Below, one piece after another: positions 25,200 to 38,078 of a stretch of 64,000 nt of DNA (its first letter is position 1; each line of letters starts with the position of its first letter). The notes beneath the pieces are model-generated. The model saw only the letters and a program-made list of their open reading frames with translations, was not told where the DNA came from and did not search any database. The DNA lies in NCBI RefSeq assembly GCF_039654945.1, contig NW_027361688.1:12896001-12960000 (forward strand), given 5' to 3'. The position numbers and the translations under genes were made by a program. The stretch is from Dendrobates tinctorius (lineage: Eukaryota).

Positions 25200-26620
25200 C
25201 AATAAACGTATGAAAAATCAGTCCGAGTCGCCCTGCCGAGAGTCGCACGAGTGTAATGCGAGTACAGTCCGATTTTTCACATGAGCTTTTACATGGAGCA
25301 ATTCTCTGTGTCATTGACACATCATATTCAAAGGGAATATTTGTCAAAACACACACCCCTATCTAATAAAAGGTGGCAATTCATCTGCCGCTTACAGTAA
25401 AATCACAGCATGACAGCTTAGAATAGAATATATACACATAGAATATATAGATGTCAGTGACACAGACACACGTATGTGTGTGTGTGTATATATACATATT
25501 ACATTGATAGAAGAAATGTCGACAATTCAGCAGCCGTGTGGTGTAAGGAGCCAACAGCATAGAATATATGGATTACGTACAGTAAATATACATAGAATAG
25601 ATATACATATGTCAGTGACAAATACAATTAGTACAGTGTGTGTGTAGCTTACTGTACATGTATTTAATTATTAAAAGAGTACTTTTCTTTCAAAAATGGC
25701 GTGGGCTCCCGCGTAATTTTCTTAACCAGCAGAGGGAAAGCCGACGGCTGGGGGCCGATGTTTATAGCCTGGGAAGGGGGTAATACCCATGGAGCTTCCC
25801 AGGCTATTAATATCAGCTCACAACTGTATACTTAGCCTTTACCTGCTAATAAAATGGGGGACCCTAAAAATGACGTAGGGTCCGCCTATAATTAATAACC
25901 AGCAAAGGCTATGCAGACAGCTGCGGGCTCATATTAATAGCCTAGGAAAGGGCCATGAATACTGGCCCCCTTCCAGGCTAAAAACATCAGCTCTCAGCCT
26001 CCCCTGAAAAGGCGCATCTATAAGTTGTGCCAATTCTGGCACTTTAGCCTTGCTCTTTCCACTTGTCCTGTAGCGGTGACAAGTAGGGTGATGGTTGGGG
26101 GGGGGGTTTGATGTCACCTTTGTATTGTCAGGTGACGTCAAGCCCCAAGGTTAGTAATGGAGAGGCGTCAATAAGACGCCCCCATTACTAACCTCCTAGT
26201 CATATCGTATAGAAACACACACACACACACACACACACTCAGGAAATAGTCCTTTAATTGAAAGAATGACAGACACCTTTAATAAATTTAATTAAGCCAT
26301 ACTTGCGACCTCCCCCATTCCATCGATGCCCTTATCATCTGCAAAAGAGTTAAAAATAAAAAAAACAACAATATTCCTCACCTTTCTGCAGAGCTGCTGC
26401 TTATCCATTTGTCCCATCACGGGTCTAGTTAGATGCAGGCTGCATCATTGCATAATGCGACCATACAACCTGCCATCCAGCAGGCTGGGAACTCCTATTC
26501 CTTGTCTGACGGCACCGTAAGCATGAGAAAGTTCTTCTGCTCACAGTACTGTCAGACAGGTCCTGGGAGGTCACAGACAATGAACTCACTTCACCTTTCT
26601 GACGTCAGCATGAGCACCGT
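25200..26620. mobile_element. Non-autonomous interspersed element (same family as 56095-57205)
   Basis: Shares motifs with 56640-56930 in opposite orientation (ttagtaatggagaggcgtc, ggcgcatcta, ccctgtagcggtg); no ORF; boundaries approximate. Confidence 0.55.
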
Positions 26621-28405
26621 GGGAAAATTGTTGTGCTTCATAGCACTTAGGTGCCTTTGTGCATCATATTACATCCTAGTGCCTGATGGAGCCTTTGTGC
26701 CTGATGGAGCCTCATTCTGTTTCTGCCCTTATAGTGACTCATGCTTTGTGCCTCGGGACGTCGGCAGTGTGGCCACACCTTGTATCGCCGGCCTACCACT
26801 TCACACTTTGTCTCTGGCCTCGACTCCGGTTCTAGAGTCCTCGTGTTTCTGGACCCAGATCCAGCTTTCTTTGCCTCATCCTTTACCACTGAGCTTAGCC
26901 AAATGAACAATTATGCTCTGATCGGCCGAGTATTTTAGTAATTCTTCTGTTTTGGATCAGGAGTTAATTCAACTCCTGCCCTGAAGTCAGGATTCTTTCA
27001 TAGTTATGTGTGAAGGGAGACATATGTCTATTGGGTTCATCCTATAACCGGACATTCTACTTTTCTGGGAGTAGGAAATCCCATGAGGTAGACTCTAATC
27101 ATGCTGGGGGGGAAAGAATCCTTCCCGACTCCACATACGGCAATCGGACTAGTTTTCTTGATCAACATCCTGTTCTAATCTGTGATATTCTATTTATCAG
27201 GGAAGTATCACAGCCTCTTTGTACTTTGTCTTGAATCAGCATCATGTGTCTGAGGATCCCATACTCACTAGTCTTACAGCAGTCAGGGCTCGTACAGTAA
27301 AGAATCAGGATGCGGGTCTCTTACAGTTGAGAACCCGCAGTCCCACGGCCTCACAGTAGATGACCTCCCTCTGTGATGGGAAGAAGCCTACTTTCCTCTA
27401 GCTACAGTATAGAGGAGGGTTCCTGTGACCATTGCAGTCCAGGTGTATGAAGATCACGGAGACCATCAGATGTTGTTCCCTCATTTATTTGCACATGGTG
27501 GTGGGATCGCCTTAGGCCTTCATTTTCTCCAGGCTGAGCCCAAGTTTGATAGCCTGATCAATTTCAAACTCCCTGTGTCGTTATTTATCGGCACCACCGG
27601 AGTGATGATCCACGCTTCTCTATCGGGGGGTTCTGATGATGGTCCCAGCGTTGGTAATGGCGGGATGTTACCGGCCAGCCTGCCTTTTTCTTAGTTTCCG
27701 TTTATATCCAGCCCCGTACTTCAGGCCTGGATATCTAAGGATTCATAATGGACGTCCGTGGGCTTCTGGATGAGTAATGTATAGGCACCCCAATACTCGG
27801 CCCATTGTCTATATACTAGGGCTTCTGTACCCACCCTGGGGCCTTTTCTTAGGTACTCCAGTGGTGCTGTCCAGAGGGACGTACTGGAAAAAGGGAATTG
27901 GACCTACCACCGTAATACAGTTTCCAGGAGTTCCTCACGACAGCACCATTATTTTCCCTCCCTTGTGTTCTTTTATTAGTCTTACACAAGATCGATCTTC
28001 CTGCAGATCATTCATCCATCAAGTCGCCATGGCTCGAGATCGAGGATCTCTTACGTATAAGTTTATAGGGTCTCGTATAGACTACTTGCATCCACCCTTC
28101 GGTGGTACTTTGAAAAACACTGGAAGGTGACGGTAGAAGAGGCCTTTAGGTCAAGGAGAGACTACCTCCAGTGGTGCTGTCCTGAGGGACTACCTGGAAA
28201 CCAAATTGCCGATAGGTTGTCCAGTAGCGGACAACCCCTTTAAGTGAGCGTAAGGCTTTCACTTCATATGTGAATAGACAAGTTTACCAATGGAGCCGAA
28301 ATCAGAAATAAAACCTCTTTCCAAATAGTCCTGATTAAAAAAAAAATCTTGTTTTGTGTTCACAGCTCCTCTGCAAATTTATGTCTCTAAGGTTGCAGGG
28401 GACAA

Positions 28406-29246
28406 TGTTGTGAACTCTCTTAATCTGACTTTTGAGGCAAGGCTCCCTCTGGTGGATACTGCTGGTAGTGGAGCTGGTCAACATGGTGTTAATCCAACAG
28501 CTGCAGAGGACGATTGTAGGAGCGGGGTGCTGACTGGGAGTACATAAGCGAGCAGGCTTCTCTCAGTGGCTGCCGGTGATACTCCTTTCTTTGCTTATTG
28601 AGGATTTCTGTCTCCTGCCTGATCCTGCATTTTCCAGCTAAGTGACATTTGCTAAACCCTTTGCATCTGTTTTTGCCTTGCTGTCAGGGGTCAGCTTGCT
28701 CCCCCTGGGGCTGCTGGCACCTGCCCTGTATTTTTGTATCCTGTGCTTGTTTGCTCAGTCCCCTGCTGTATTAGCCTGTTGCTAGCCGCCAGTTCACACC
28801 TGAGTGCTGATATAGTGGGGGCGAGGTTGTGCTAACCTCAGTATTTTTGTGCATCAGTCGTGTTGAAATTTTCAGGGTTTTTGCGTGATTGCAGACCGTG
28901 CCTTTTCTGTCCTGTCCTGTCTAGTCAGTGTGGACCCCATCATTTGCTCAGTCTATTTTTATGCCTGTGTTTGTGTTTCATCTTGTCTCACCGACAGTAT
29001 ATGTTTAGGGGCTAGCTATTCCTTTGGGGTCTGCTTTGGGGCAGTTTAGATTTTACCTTTCTGTCTTTAGGCTTAGTTAGTCCTCCGGCTGTGACGAGGC
29101 GTCTAGGGCAACGTAGGAACGCTCCACGGCTACTGCTAGTTGTGTGGACAGGATCAGGGGTCTGCAATCCGCTGAGCGACCAACCTCTCTGGTGTTCTGG
29201 TGGCATAGCCTATTACGCTCTCCTCCTCGGTGACCCATTCTTAACA
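28406..29246. mobile_element. Solo LTR ~230 bp upstream of the TSPO exon 2 acceptor
   Basis: TGTTGTGAA...TTAACA termini; colinear with 18907-19821. Confidence 0.85.
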
Positions 29247-29478
29247 GAACAAATTGAAAAGAGTACCAAACATCTTGGTTAAACTTTACGGGCAGGTGTT
29301 GTTTTTTTCTCTTTTTTTTTTTTCTCCAACTATAACTTCAGGATCAGTCTATACTGGGTTTGGTTGGACTTGGAAACGCATAGGTTTGCAGAGGAGCTGT
29401 GTACACATTTTTTAATGATAGCACTTGCAATGATTTAACTATATCTGGTTCAGTGTTTTCTTTTTCTTCGATAGTACA

Positions 29479-29657
29479 ATGCCTTCCTGGGCTCCTGCCA
29501 TCGGTCTCACCGTTTTGCCCCATGTGGGTGGACTACTTGGAGGACTCATTACCCGTAAAGAGGTCAAAACGTGGTATACGACGCTGGCGAAACCGTCATG
29601 GCGCCCTCCTAATTGGATGTTTGCACCAGTGTGGACAACCCTGTATACGTCTATGGG
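29479..29657 (+). CDS. TSPO: Translocator protein TSPO (canonical copy 1), first coding exon
   Basis: MPSWAPAIGLTVLPHVGG...WYTTLAKPSWRPPNWMFAPVWTTLYTSMG; acceptor at 29473-74, GTAAGT donor. Confidence 0.97.
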
Positions 29658-29683
29658 GTAAGTACGATCCCAAAAAAAAATAG

Positions 29684-29951
29684 AAAAATATTCAGGATTG
29701 AGAGTCCTCAGTAGTTGATACCTTTTAATGGCTAACTGAAAAGATGGTAATACATTGCAAGCTTTCGAGACTACTCAGGTCTCTTCATCAGGCTAGCCTG
29801 ATGAAGAGACCTGAGTAGTCTCGAAAGCTTGCAATGTATTACCATCTTTTCAGTTAGCCATTAAAAGGTATCAACTACTGAGGACTCTCAATCCTGAATA
29901 TTTTTCTATCTACTGGCTAACACGGTACAAAGATATACATCTTTCCTGTAT
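29684..29951. mobile_element. Penelope-like non-autonomous insertion forming a perfect 230-bp palindrome with a hammerhead core
   Basis: Arms 29680-29794 / 29795-29909; CTGATGA-a-gagac(ctgagta)gtctc-GAAAGCTT at 29798-29830; 13-bp TSD caaaaaaaaatag. Confidence 0.8.
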
Positions 29952-30538
29952 CAAAAAAAAATAGTAATTCAATGAGGTTTACACCTTGTTTCTGCATCTC
30001 TGTTCATCCCTCATACTTTACACTGCAGTTCTAGATAATGAAAATGTTAATGCGACATTAATGCAGTTACCTAAATGGTTCATTCATTGAATAATAGAAA
30101 GTTGTAGAATTTTCTAAAATACATTTTTCTTCTACTCTTCAATATGAGCTGTCAGTGAACAAAAACACTCTTATAACATCCAGAGACTAAAATCCCACCA
30201 TGATAACGTCCAAGGGACAAAGCTTTTTACTATGCGATTCACCCTATCTTCATAGGAAAGATCCTTTATCAAAAGTTGATCAGTGATCAACACTGATCTG
30301 TACAGAAACCTAGCAATAAGTGTTTAGTTTTCCTGCAGCGCCACCACAGGGGAAATAAGGAATTACACAGTGCCTGTTTAAATCAATGGTTAATATAGGA
30401 CTGGAAGGGTCCTCCAGATTCTAAAAAGCTCTTTGCAACCAGGAGATTAGGATTCTACACATAGGACCCCCTCTGTTACTCAGAATCCCCCCAAATATGA
30501 ATTGGATAAATACCGTATATATTTTCTTTTTTTTTTAG

Positions 30539-30677
30539 TTATGGTTCATACCTGATCTATAAAGAGTTGGGTGGATTCACTGAAGACGCTGTGGTTCCTT
30601 TAGGACTGTATGGGGGACAGCTGGCTCTTAACTGGGCCTGGACCCCAATTTTCTTTGGAGCCCATAAAATTGGTTGG
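30539..30677 (+). CDS. TSPO: TSPO copy 1, second coding exon
   Basis: 139 nt, AG/GT; [46 protein letters not shown]. Confidence 0.97.
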
Positions 30678-30846
30678 GTAAGTGGTACTATATAAGCAGT
30701 GAATCATTATCCCTATGGGGGGCACCAGTATGTATTTACCAGGGTTTTCCCAAAGGCAATTCTTTGCCGATTAAAATATAGAAAGGGGGCACAGCTGTGT
30801 TTTGGTGGAGTCCCCCTTTACTTTTTTTTTTTTTTTTTTTTAACAG

Positions 30847-31017
30847 GGGTTTTTTGAAATCGTCCTTCTCACTGGTACAGTCGTACTTACAACCGCATCT
30901 TGGTATCCGATCAGTAAGACAGCGACCTACCTCATGTTCCCTTACATTGCCTGGCTGTCGTTGGCCTCTACCCTGAACTACGTCATTTGGAGGGACAACA
31001 AGGACAAATCTGAATGA
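30847..31017 (+). CDS. TSPO: TSPO copy 1, last coding exon (protein 162 aa)
   Basis: GFFEIVLLTG...PYIAWLSLASTLNYVIWRDNKDKSE* with intact CRAC LNYxxWR; AATAAA at 31201. Confidence 0.97.
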   Translation, partial: GFFEIVLLTGTVVLTTASWYPISKTATYLMFPYIAWLSLASTLNYVIWRDNKDKSE

Positions 31018-31799
31018 GGAGGATTTAGGCGTCGGAGGTCGATCCGGACAAGATGGAGGATGAAGTTCTATATAGATGGTCACTTTTTAACATCGGACTT
31101 TTCTATTGCCTGCACACCAGCTGAACACTAATAATGTTACAGTGCCAGTGCCGATCCTATCCTTTTAGTGCCTTAATCATGTGCTCATTGCTAAATGCAA
31201 AATAAAGGACATTGAAAATAATGCATGCGTGGCTAAGCTGAACATTTTTCTGTTTCCTAGTATATTTATTTAGCAGTTGGACTTTGAGTTTTATAGATAC
31301 AGAGCTCCAAATGCCCCATAGACATGCAGTATTATGGCGTATGAAGGTAAAATTCTGCCTGTGGCCACCACTAGATGGAGCTCAATGCATACACAAGGCA
31401 GTTATCCAGCTGTATGCAGTGTGCTCCCTCTAGTGGTAGCTGCGGGCAACTGGAATTATATTCATGCCATGTGAATGTAGAGCCCTACGTTTGGTTCATA
31501 TGGTGGGAAAAGCTCTCAGTTCATATGGGTTGTATACGTTAGGTTACCATTGTGCTGGGGTTTTGTTTTTTGATAACTGGGTTGCATGTTTGATATATCC
31601 CTGAACGCCGATACAGTGGTATACATAAAAGGTATAGGTCAGAAAACATTCCAGTCTAATAAAGGATCAGTTGTAGTCTGCACAGAGATTTAAAAGAAAT
31701 GTGTCATGAGAAAATTACAGATTGGTTTTTATGGAAGGTGTAATTTTCAGACTGGATGCTAGGCCTTATCATAGACTGGCATTACCTGTTCTTACAATG

Positions 31800-32340
31800 G
31801 AAGGTAACACCTCTATATAAAATAGACAACATAGGATCCACAATTCCCAGTTGGTGATATCATAGCTCACCTCCTCCTACTCCTGTAGAATGACTGATGC
31901 CACCTTATATACTGGGCGCCACCATTTACTTTAACTGATGTCACAGCTCAACACCTCCTCCTGTATAATGACTGATAACACAGGATCCACCATTCACAAT
32001 AGGTGATGTCACAGCTCACCTCCTCCTCCTCTACAATAACTGATAACACCTCTATATACAGTAGATAATACAGGATCCACCATTCACAGTAGGTGATGTC
32101 ACAGCTCACCTCCTCCTCCTCCTGTAGAATGACTGATACCATCCTATATCCTGGGCTCCACCATTTACTTTAAGTGATGTCACACCTCACCTCCTCCTCC
32201 TGTATAATGACTGATAATGCCTCTATATACAGTAGATAACACAGGATCCACCATTCACAATAGGTGATGTCACAGCTCACCTCCTCCTCCTGTATAATGA
32301 CTGATAACACCTCTATATACAGGAGGTAAAACAGGATCTG
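31800..32340. repeat. ~88-bp satellite array
   Basis: Same family as 1-575. Confidence 0.85.
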
Positions 32341-32639
32341 TGTAAAAGAGCGATTCTAGAATCACTGCTTCGGGCTGTGGATTCCTCATGCCGTCCTTCC
32401 CCTCCCATAGCGGACGTTGCACAACACTGAGTGGATGGCACCGGGAGCTTAGATCAGAGGACATCACTCTGCTGCTTTTATAGGGAAGCTCTGTCTCAGC
32501 ACAAGTAAGTGCAGGGGCGTTTACTTCTTGCATTTGTGGGGTTTTGCAGAGCTGCTGATTATTTTTAGCCATTGAGCCTATTAGATTGCACACAGCTCCG
32601 TACAATCCTCTGGAATTCGGTGGTAAAAGATCCCTATAG

Positions 32640-34950
32640 GGAAGACCAGGGCAAAGTGCGGCCCGCCGGCCACATCCGGCCCTCTGGCTGTTCCAGTCCG
32701 CTCACTGCTTGTTGTCTCCGCTCGCTGTCTCTGCAGTCACTCTCCATCCACGCTGACTGCATTGGTGGAGGAGGAGCCTCCGGCCACTTCCTCCACCAAT
32801 CAGCATGTGAAACGGCTGACACTATATCATGGGCATGGGGAGGCTATATGGGTCTTATCATGGGCATGGGCAGGCTATATGGGTCTTATCATGGGCATGG
32901 CGAGGCTATATGGGTCTTATCATGGGCATGGGGGGGCTGTATGGGTCTTATCATGGGCATAGGGAGGCTATATGGGTCTTATCATGGGCATGAGGAGGCT
33001 ATATGGGTCTTATCATGGGCATGGCGAGGCTATATGGGTCTTATCATGGGCATGGCGAGGCTATATGGGTCTTATCATGGGCATGGGGAGGCTATATGGG
33101 TCTTATCATGGGCATGGGGAGGCTATATGGGTCTTATCATGGGCATGGGGAGGCTATATGGGTCTTATCATGGGCATGGGGAGGCTGTATGGGTCTTATC
33201 ATGGGCATGGGGAGGCTATATGGGTCTTATCATGGGCATGGGGAGGCTATATGGGTCTTATCATGGGCATGGGGAGGCTATATGGGTCTTATCCTAGGCA
33301 TGGGGAGGCTATATGGGTCTTATCATGGTCATGGGGAGGCTATATGGGTCTTATCATGGACATGGGGAGGCTATATGGGTCTTATCATGGGCATGAGGAG
33401 GCTATATGGGTCTTATCATGGTCATGGGGAGGCTATATGGGTCTTATCATGGGCATGGCGAGGCTATATGGGTCTTATCCTGGGCATGGGGAGGCTATAT
33501 GGGTCTTATCATGGACATGGCGAGGCAATATGGGTCTTATCCTAGGCATGGGGAGGCTATATGGGTCTTTTCATGGGCATGGGGAGGCTATATGGGTCTT
33601 ATCATGGGCATGGGGAGGCTATATGGGTCTTATCATGGTCATGGGGAGGCTATATGGGTCTTATCATGGACATGGGGAGGCTATATGGGTCTTATCATGG
33701 GCATGAGGAGGCTATATGGGTCTTATCATGGACATGGGGGGGCTGTATGGGTCTTATCATGGACATGGGGGGGGCTGTATGGGTCTTATCATGGACATGG
33801 GGAGGCTATATGGGTCTTATGGACATGGGGATGCTATATGGGTCTTATCATGGGCATGGGGAGGCTATATGGTCTTATGGGCATGGGGAGGCTATATGGG
33901 TCTTATCATGGACATGGGGAGGCTATATGGGTCTTGTCATGGTCATGGCGAGACTATATGGGTCTTATCATGGGCATGGGGAGGCTATATGGGTCTTATC
34001 ATGGGCATGGGGAGGCTATATGGTTCTTATCATGGGCATGGCGAGGCTATATGGGTCTTATGGGCATGGGGAGGCTATATGGGTCTTATCATGGACATGG
34101 GGAGGCTATATGGGTCTTATCATGGACATGGGGAGGCTATATGGGTCTTATCATGGTCATGGCGAGACTATATGGGTCTTATCATTGGCATGGGGAGGCT
34201 ATATGGTTCTTATCATGGGCATGGCGAGGCTATATGGGTCTTATGGGCATGGGGAGGCTATATGGGTCTTATCATGGACATGGGGAGGCTATATGGGTCT
34301 TATCATGGACATGGGGAGGCTATATGGGTCTTATCATGGTCATGGCGAGACTATATGGGTCTTATGGGCATGGGGAGGCTATATGGGTCTTATCATGGAC
34401 ATGGGGAGACTATATGGGTCTTATGGGCATGGGGAGGCTATATGGGTCTTATCATGGACATGGGGAGGCTATATGGGTCTTATCATGGACATGGGGAGGC
34501 TATATGGGTCTTATCATGGTCATGGCGAGACTATATGGGTCTTATGGGCATGGGGAGGCTATATGGGTCTTATCATGGGCATGGGGAGGCTATATGGGTC
34601 TTATCATGGACATGGGGAGGCTATATGGGTCTTATCCTAGGCATGGGGAGGCTTTGTGGGTCTCCAATGCAGAACACGGGGAGGCTATGGGGATCTTGAC
34701 ATGGGGAGGCTGTGTGGGCCTCAGATGATATATTAAAGGGTCTGTATTCGGGTTCAAATGGAATATAGGGGGATGTTAGCATACTTAATTCTGCTCAATA
34801 TTAAGTGATATAATTATTAATATCATAATTTATAATATGTTGATATGAATATTGCATAGAATTAATTTCAGCCTATTGGTTCAGCCCTCCACAACAGTCA
34901 TTGTCTCTCGTGTGGCCCCCCCCGAGAAAATGAATTGCCCACCCCAGCTA
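32640..34950. mobile_element. hAT-like MITE containing a ~1.9-kb 31-bp minisatellite (32820-34700)
   Basis: 5' gggcaaagtgcggcccgccggccacatccggccctc, 3' tggcccc...aattgcccacccc; unit ggctatatgggtcttatcatgggcatgggga explains the ORFs at 32572-34728. Confidence 0.7.
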
Positions 34951-35469
34951 TAGGGGTCTCCCTGCAGCCATCCGGGACACTGCTGCGCTGTGGAAAGCCA
35001 TTGACCCACTGCCCCACAGCTGACATTGAAAGCCAAAATCAGAGGCAATAGTGATGGATGGAGATCACAATGGGGGACGTAGTTAGTGGGGGCCACAATG
35101 GGCGACATTAGTACTTTATGGGGCCACAAAGGGGGATATCACATCAATGTATTTTATTTTGGGGAAATATAATGACTAAAACCTCCATATAGTTGCAGGA
35201 ACCATCTGTACGCAGAGAGTATAGCGCGGACCAAACATGGCCACAGGGAGGCTAGAAAACAAAAACGGATCTGTCCCTTTCCCTTTGACCTCTCAGCTCT
35301 GGTTCTGCGCCATCTGGTTGCAGCAAAATGTGAAACCCCGTGATGTACAGCGCTAACCTCATAATGAAGGCTATCGAGGAATTGCTATTTATGCCATTTC
35401 CTGTGCAAGATCAGCTTATTCTTTGCTATAATTTTTGCTTTGATATTTTATTCAGGATTCTTACCAACC

Positions 35470-35651
35470 ATGGCGCCCCCCTGGCTTTCCGCTCTTGGGT
35501 TTACCGTTCTTCCATCAGCAGGGAGCGCCATTTCACGGATTGGAATCGAAGAGCAAATGAAAACCTGGTACCCAACACTGCGGAGACCAAGCTGGTGCCC
35601 CCCAAGCTGGGTGTTTCCACCGGTCTGGGTGACTTTGCATACATCAATGGG
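35470..35651 (+). CDS. TSPO-like paralog (copy 2), first coding exon
   Basis: ttcAG acceptor at 35454, Kozak ACCATGG, 182 nt, MAPPWLSALGFTVLPSAG...WYPTLRRPSWCPPSWVFPPVWVTLHTSMG, GTGAGT donor. Confidence 0.93.
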
Positions 35652-35749
35652 GTGAGTATGTTTAGAAACGGGTGTGAGATCTAGAGGTGTATGAAGAAAG
35701 ACATAAAGGGATCCTCCAGGGAAAAGTGGTACACTGTATAGAAACGTGT

Positions 35750-36090
35750 TATCTGTCATTGTACAGGAGGGGGAGGAGGTGAGCTGTGACATCACCTAAT
35801 GTGAATGGTGGATCCTGTGTTATCTACTGTATATAGAGATGTTATCAGTCATTGTACAGGAGGGGGAGGAGGTGAGCTGTGACATCACCTAATGTGAATG
35901 GTGGATCCTGTGTTATCTACTATATATAGAGCTGTTATCAGTCATTGAACAGGAGGAGGAGGTGAGCTGTGACATCACCTATTGTGAATGATGGATTCTA
36001 TGTCATCTACTGTATATAGAGCTGTTATCAGTCATTGTACAGGAGGAGGTGAGCTGTGACATCACCTATTGTGAATGGTGGATCCTATGT
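35750..36090. repeat. ~88-bp satellite, continued at 46691-46800 after the DIRS insertion
   Basis: Unit gatcctatgt|tatctactgt is split by the DIRS element. Confidence 0.9.
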
Positions 36091-38078
36091 TTTTACCCTT
36101 CGCCACGACAGCACCCACTGGAGGTATAGGATCCGCCCCACTTGGAACAAGAAACCCTACAGGAAGATAAAAAGGGGCGGTCCGGCTTTCCTCCTCAGTT
36201 TTGGTTTTCAGTTCCCAGGGAACCTCAGGATGATCCTTCAGGAAGACGTACCTGGGCCATAGGCACGCCGCCTGCGCAGTGTCCATGAGAATGGCAGGGG
36301 CTGCGGTCTGGAAGCAGCATCGGGGGAGACTCTGTTAGACAGCTCCCCCCTCGTCTGATGGCTAAAGGTGATGTCCGGGAAGGGCCACCCGGTCTCACCT
36401 AGGGGCGCGCCAGGCGGCACCAAGCATGCAGGAGCCACCGCTGTGGGAAGCGGTAAGTGCGCCAGTGGCGCGAAGGAAAAAAAAAAGAGAGGCAGCGGTG
36501 GCGGCAGCGTCGGGAGAAGCGCGGGCCGCATACAAAAGCGGCGGCGCGGTAGCCGGCCGGCGCAGATGCTCCTAGGCCCCAGAAGTAATGAGTCAACTTC
36601 CGGGGCATGATGGCTGAGGAGTGCAACGGCGCATGCGCGGTAAACCCGGGGAGGAGGAGCGACTTTCGGGAGAAGAAAAAAAAAAAAAGATCTATTTAAA
36701 CCAGCGCCGCAGCTTAGCAGCAGGATGCCATGTCATCCCCAGCGGAAGTACACGCTCCAGCAGGAGACTCTGCGGGGGGCAGCTCCTCCAGGGACCGCGC
36801 TACCAGGACAGACACCGCCCGCAGGAGCGAGGCGGGAGAGTCAAGACCTAGGACAGGATCTCAGCCATCTGATCCGGTAATAAAAAGCTTCACTGGGTGA
36901 GTGTGCAATATATATACTCTGCCTATTAAGCTGACCTCTACCTCCCCCCTTCTCCTTCGCCATGTCTCCCCTCTTCCAGGCGAAGAAAAAATCCAAACAA
37001 AAAGAATGCGCTTTATGCGCTGAGCCTCTCCCTGACTCCTACCCCAAAAAGCTCTGTAAGCAATGCACCAGAGAGCCTAGACAAGGGTCGGCAGTGTCTT
37101 CAAAGGACATTCGGGCCATAATTAGGGAGGAAATACAAGCTATCACCCGTGCCTGTACTCCCTCAGAAGCTAGGAGCAAAAAACAGGTGACCATCAGCTC
37201 AGAGTCAGAGGAAGAACAGGGGATAATCTCTGATTCTTCACTCGCATCGTCGTCCTCATCATCATCAGACATGGAGGGACGATCTTGTTTTCCCCTGGAT
37301 AGTGTGGATAACCTAGTCAAATCCATGAGGAACACTATGGGGTGTGAGGAGACAAGGGGCCCCCAAACCGCACAAGAAATAATGTTTGCGGGGTTGGCGG
37401 AAAAGAAAAGGAGAGCGTTTCCAGTAATACCGACAGTAAAGCCCTAATAAAGAGAGAGTGGGAAAAACACGATCAAAGAAGTTTTCTCCCATCGGCCTCC
37501 AAGAGGAAGTATCCATTTAGCGATGACGAGCTGTTAAAATGGACCAAAGTTCCAAAGGTTGATGCCGTTGCAGCCTCTACCTCGAAGCAGTCTACTATTC
37601 CGGTAGAGGACGCAGGCTTATTGGCGGACCCGCTAGACCGTAAAGCGGAGTCATCATTAAAAAGGTCTTGGGAGTCTACCACAGGGATTTTTAAGCCAGC
37701 AGTAGCCAGCACATGCACCGCCAGGTCTATGCTCATATGGTTGGACCAATTAGATCAACAAATCGAGCAGAAGGTGTCTAGGGGAAAACTACGGGCCGCT
37801 ATTCCATTAATTAAAGGGGCGGCAGCCTTCATGGCCGATGCATCGGCAGACACCCTACGGCTGGCAACGAGACCGGATGGTCTTGTACACAACGCCAGGC
37901 GGGCGCTATGGATGAAGAGCTGGAAGGGGGACGCGCAATCAAAATCTAAGATTTGCGCAACCCCGTGCGAGGGGGAGTTTCTCTTTGGGAAAGCCCTAGA
38001 TGACATACTTGCCAAAGCGAAAGAAAGGAAGAAGGCCTTCCCTGATCCTTCTATCCCTTTCTACAGGAGAACCTTTAA

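Larger units (their letters stand above)
14235..28225 (+). mobile_element. Old degenerate DIRS1-type element that hosts the younger nested insertions
   Basis: Left end 14235-14263 is complementary to an ICR-like segment at 27862-27892; 27915-27948 is complementary to the right end 28172-28205; decayed coding-like sequence 27000-27830. Confidence 0.55.

Noticed and set aside
32572-34728. Long overlapping ORFs (up to 440 aa) rich in G/M/W/H
   Set aside because: Translations of a 31-bp minisatellite, open in all three frames; not a gene
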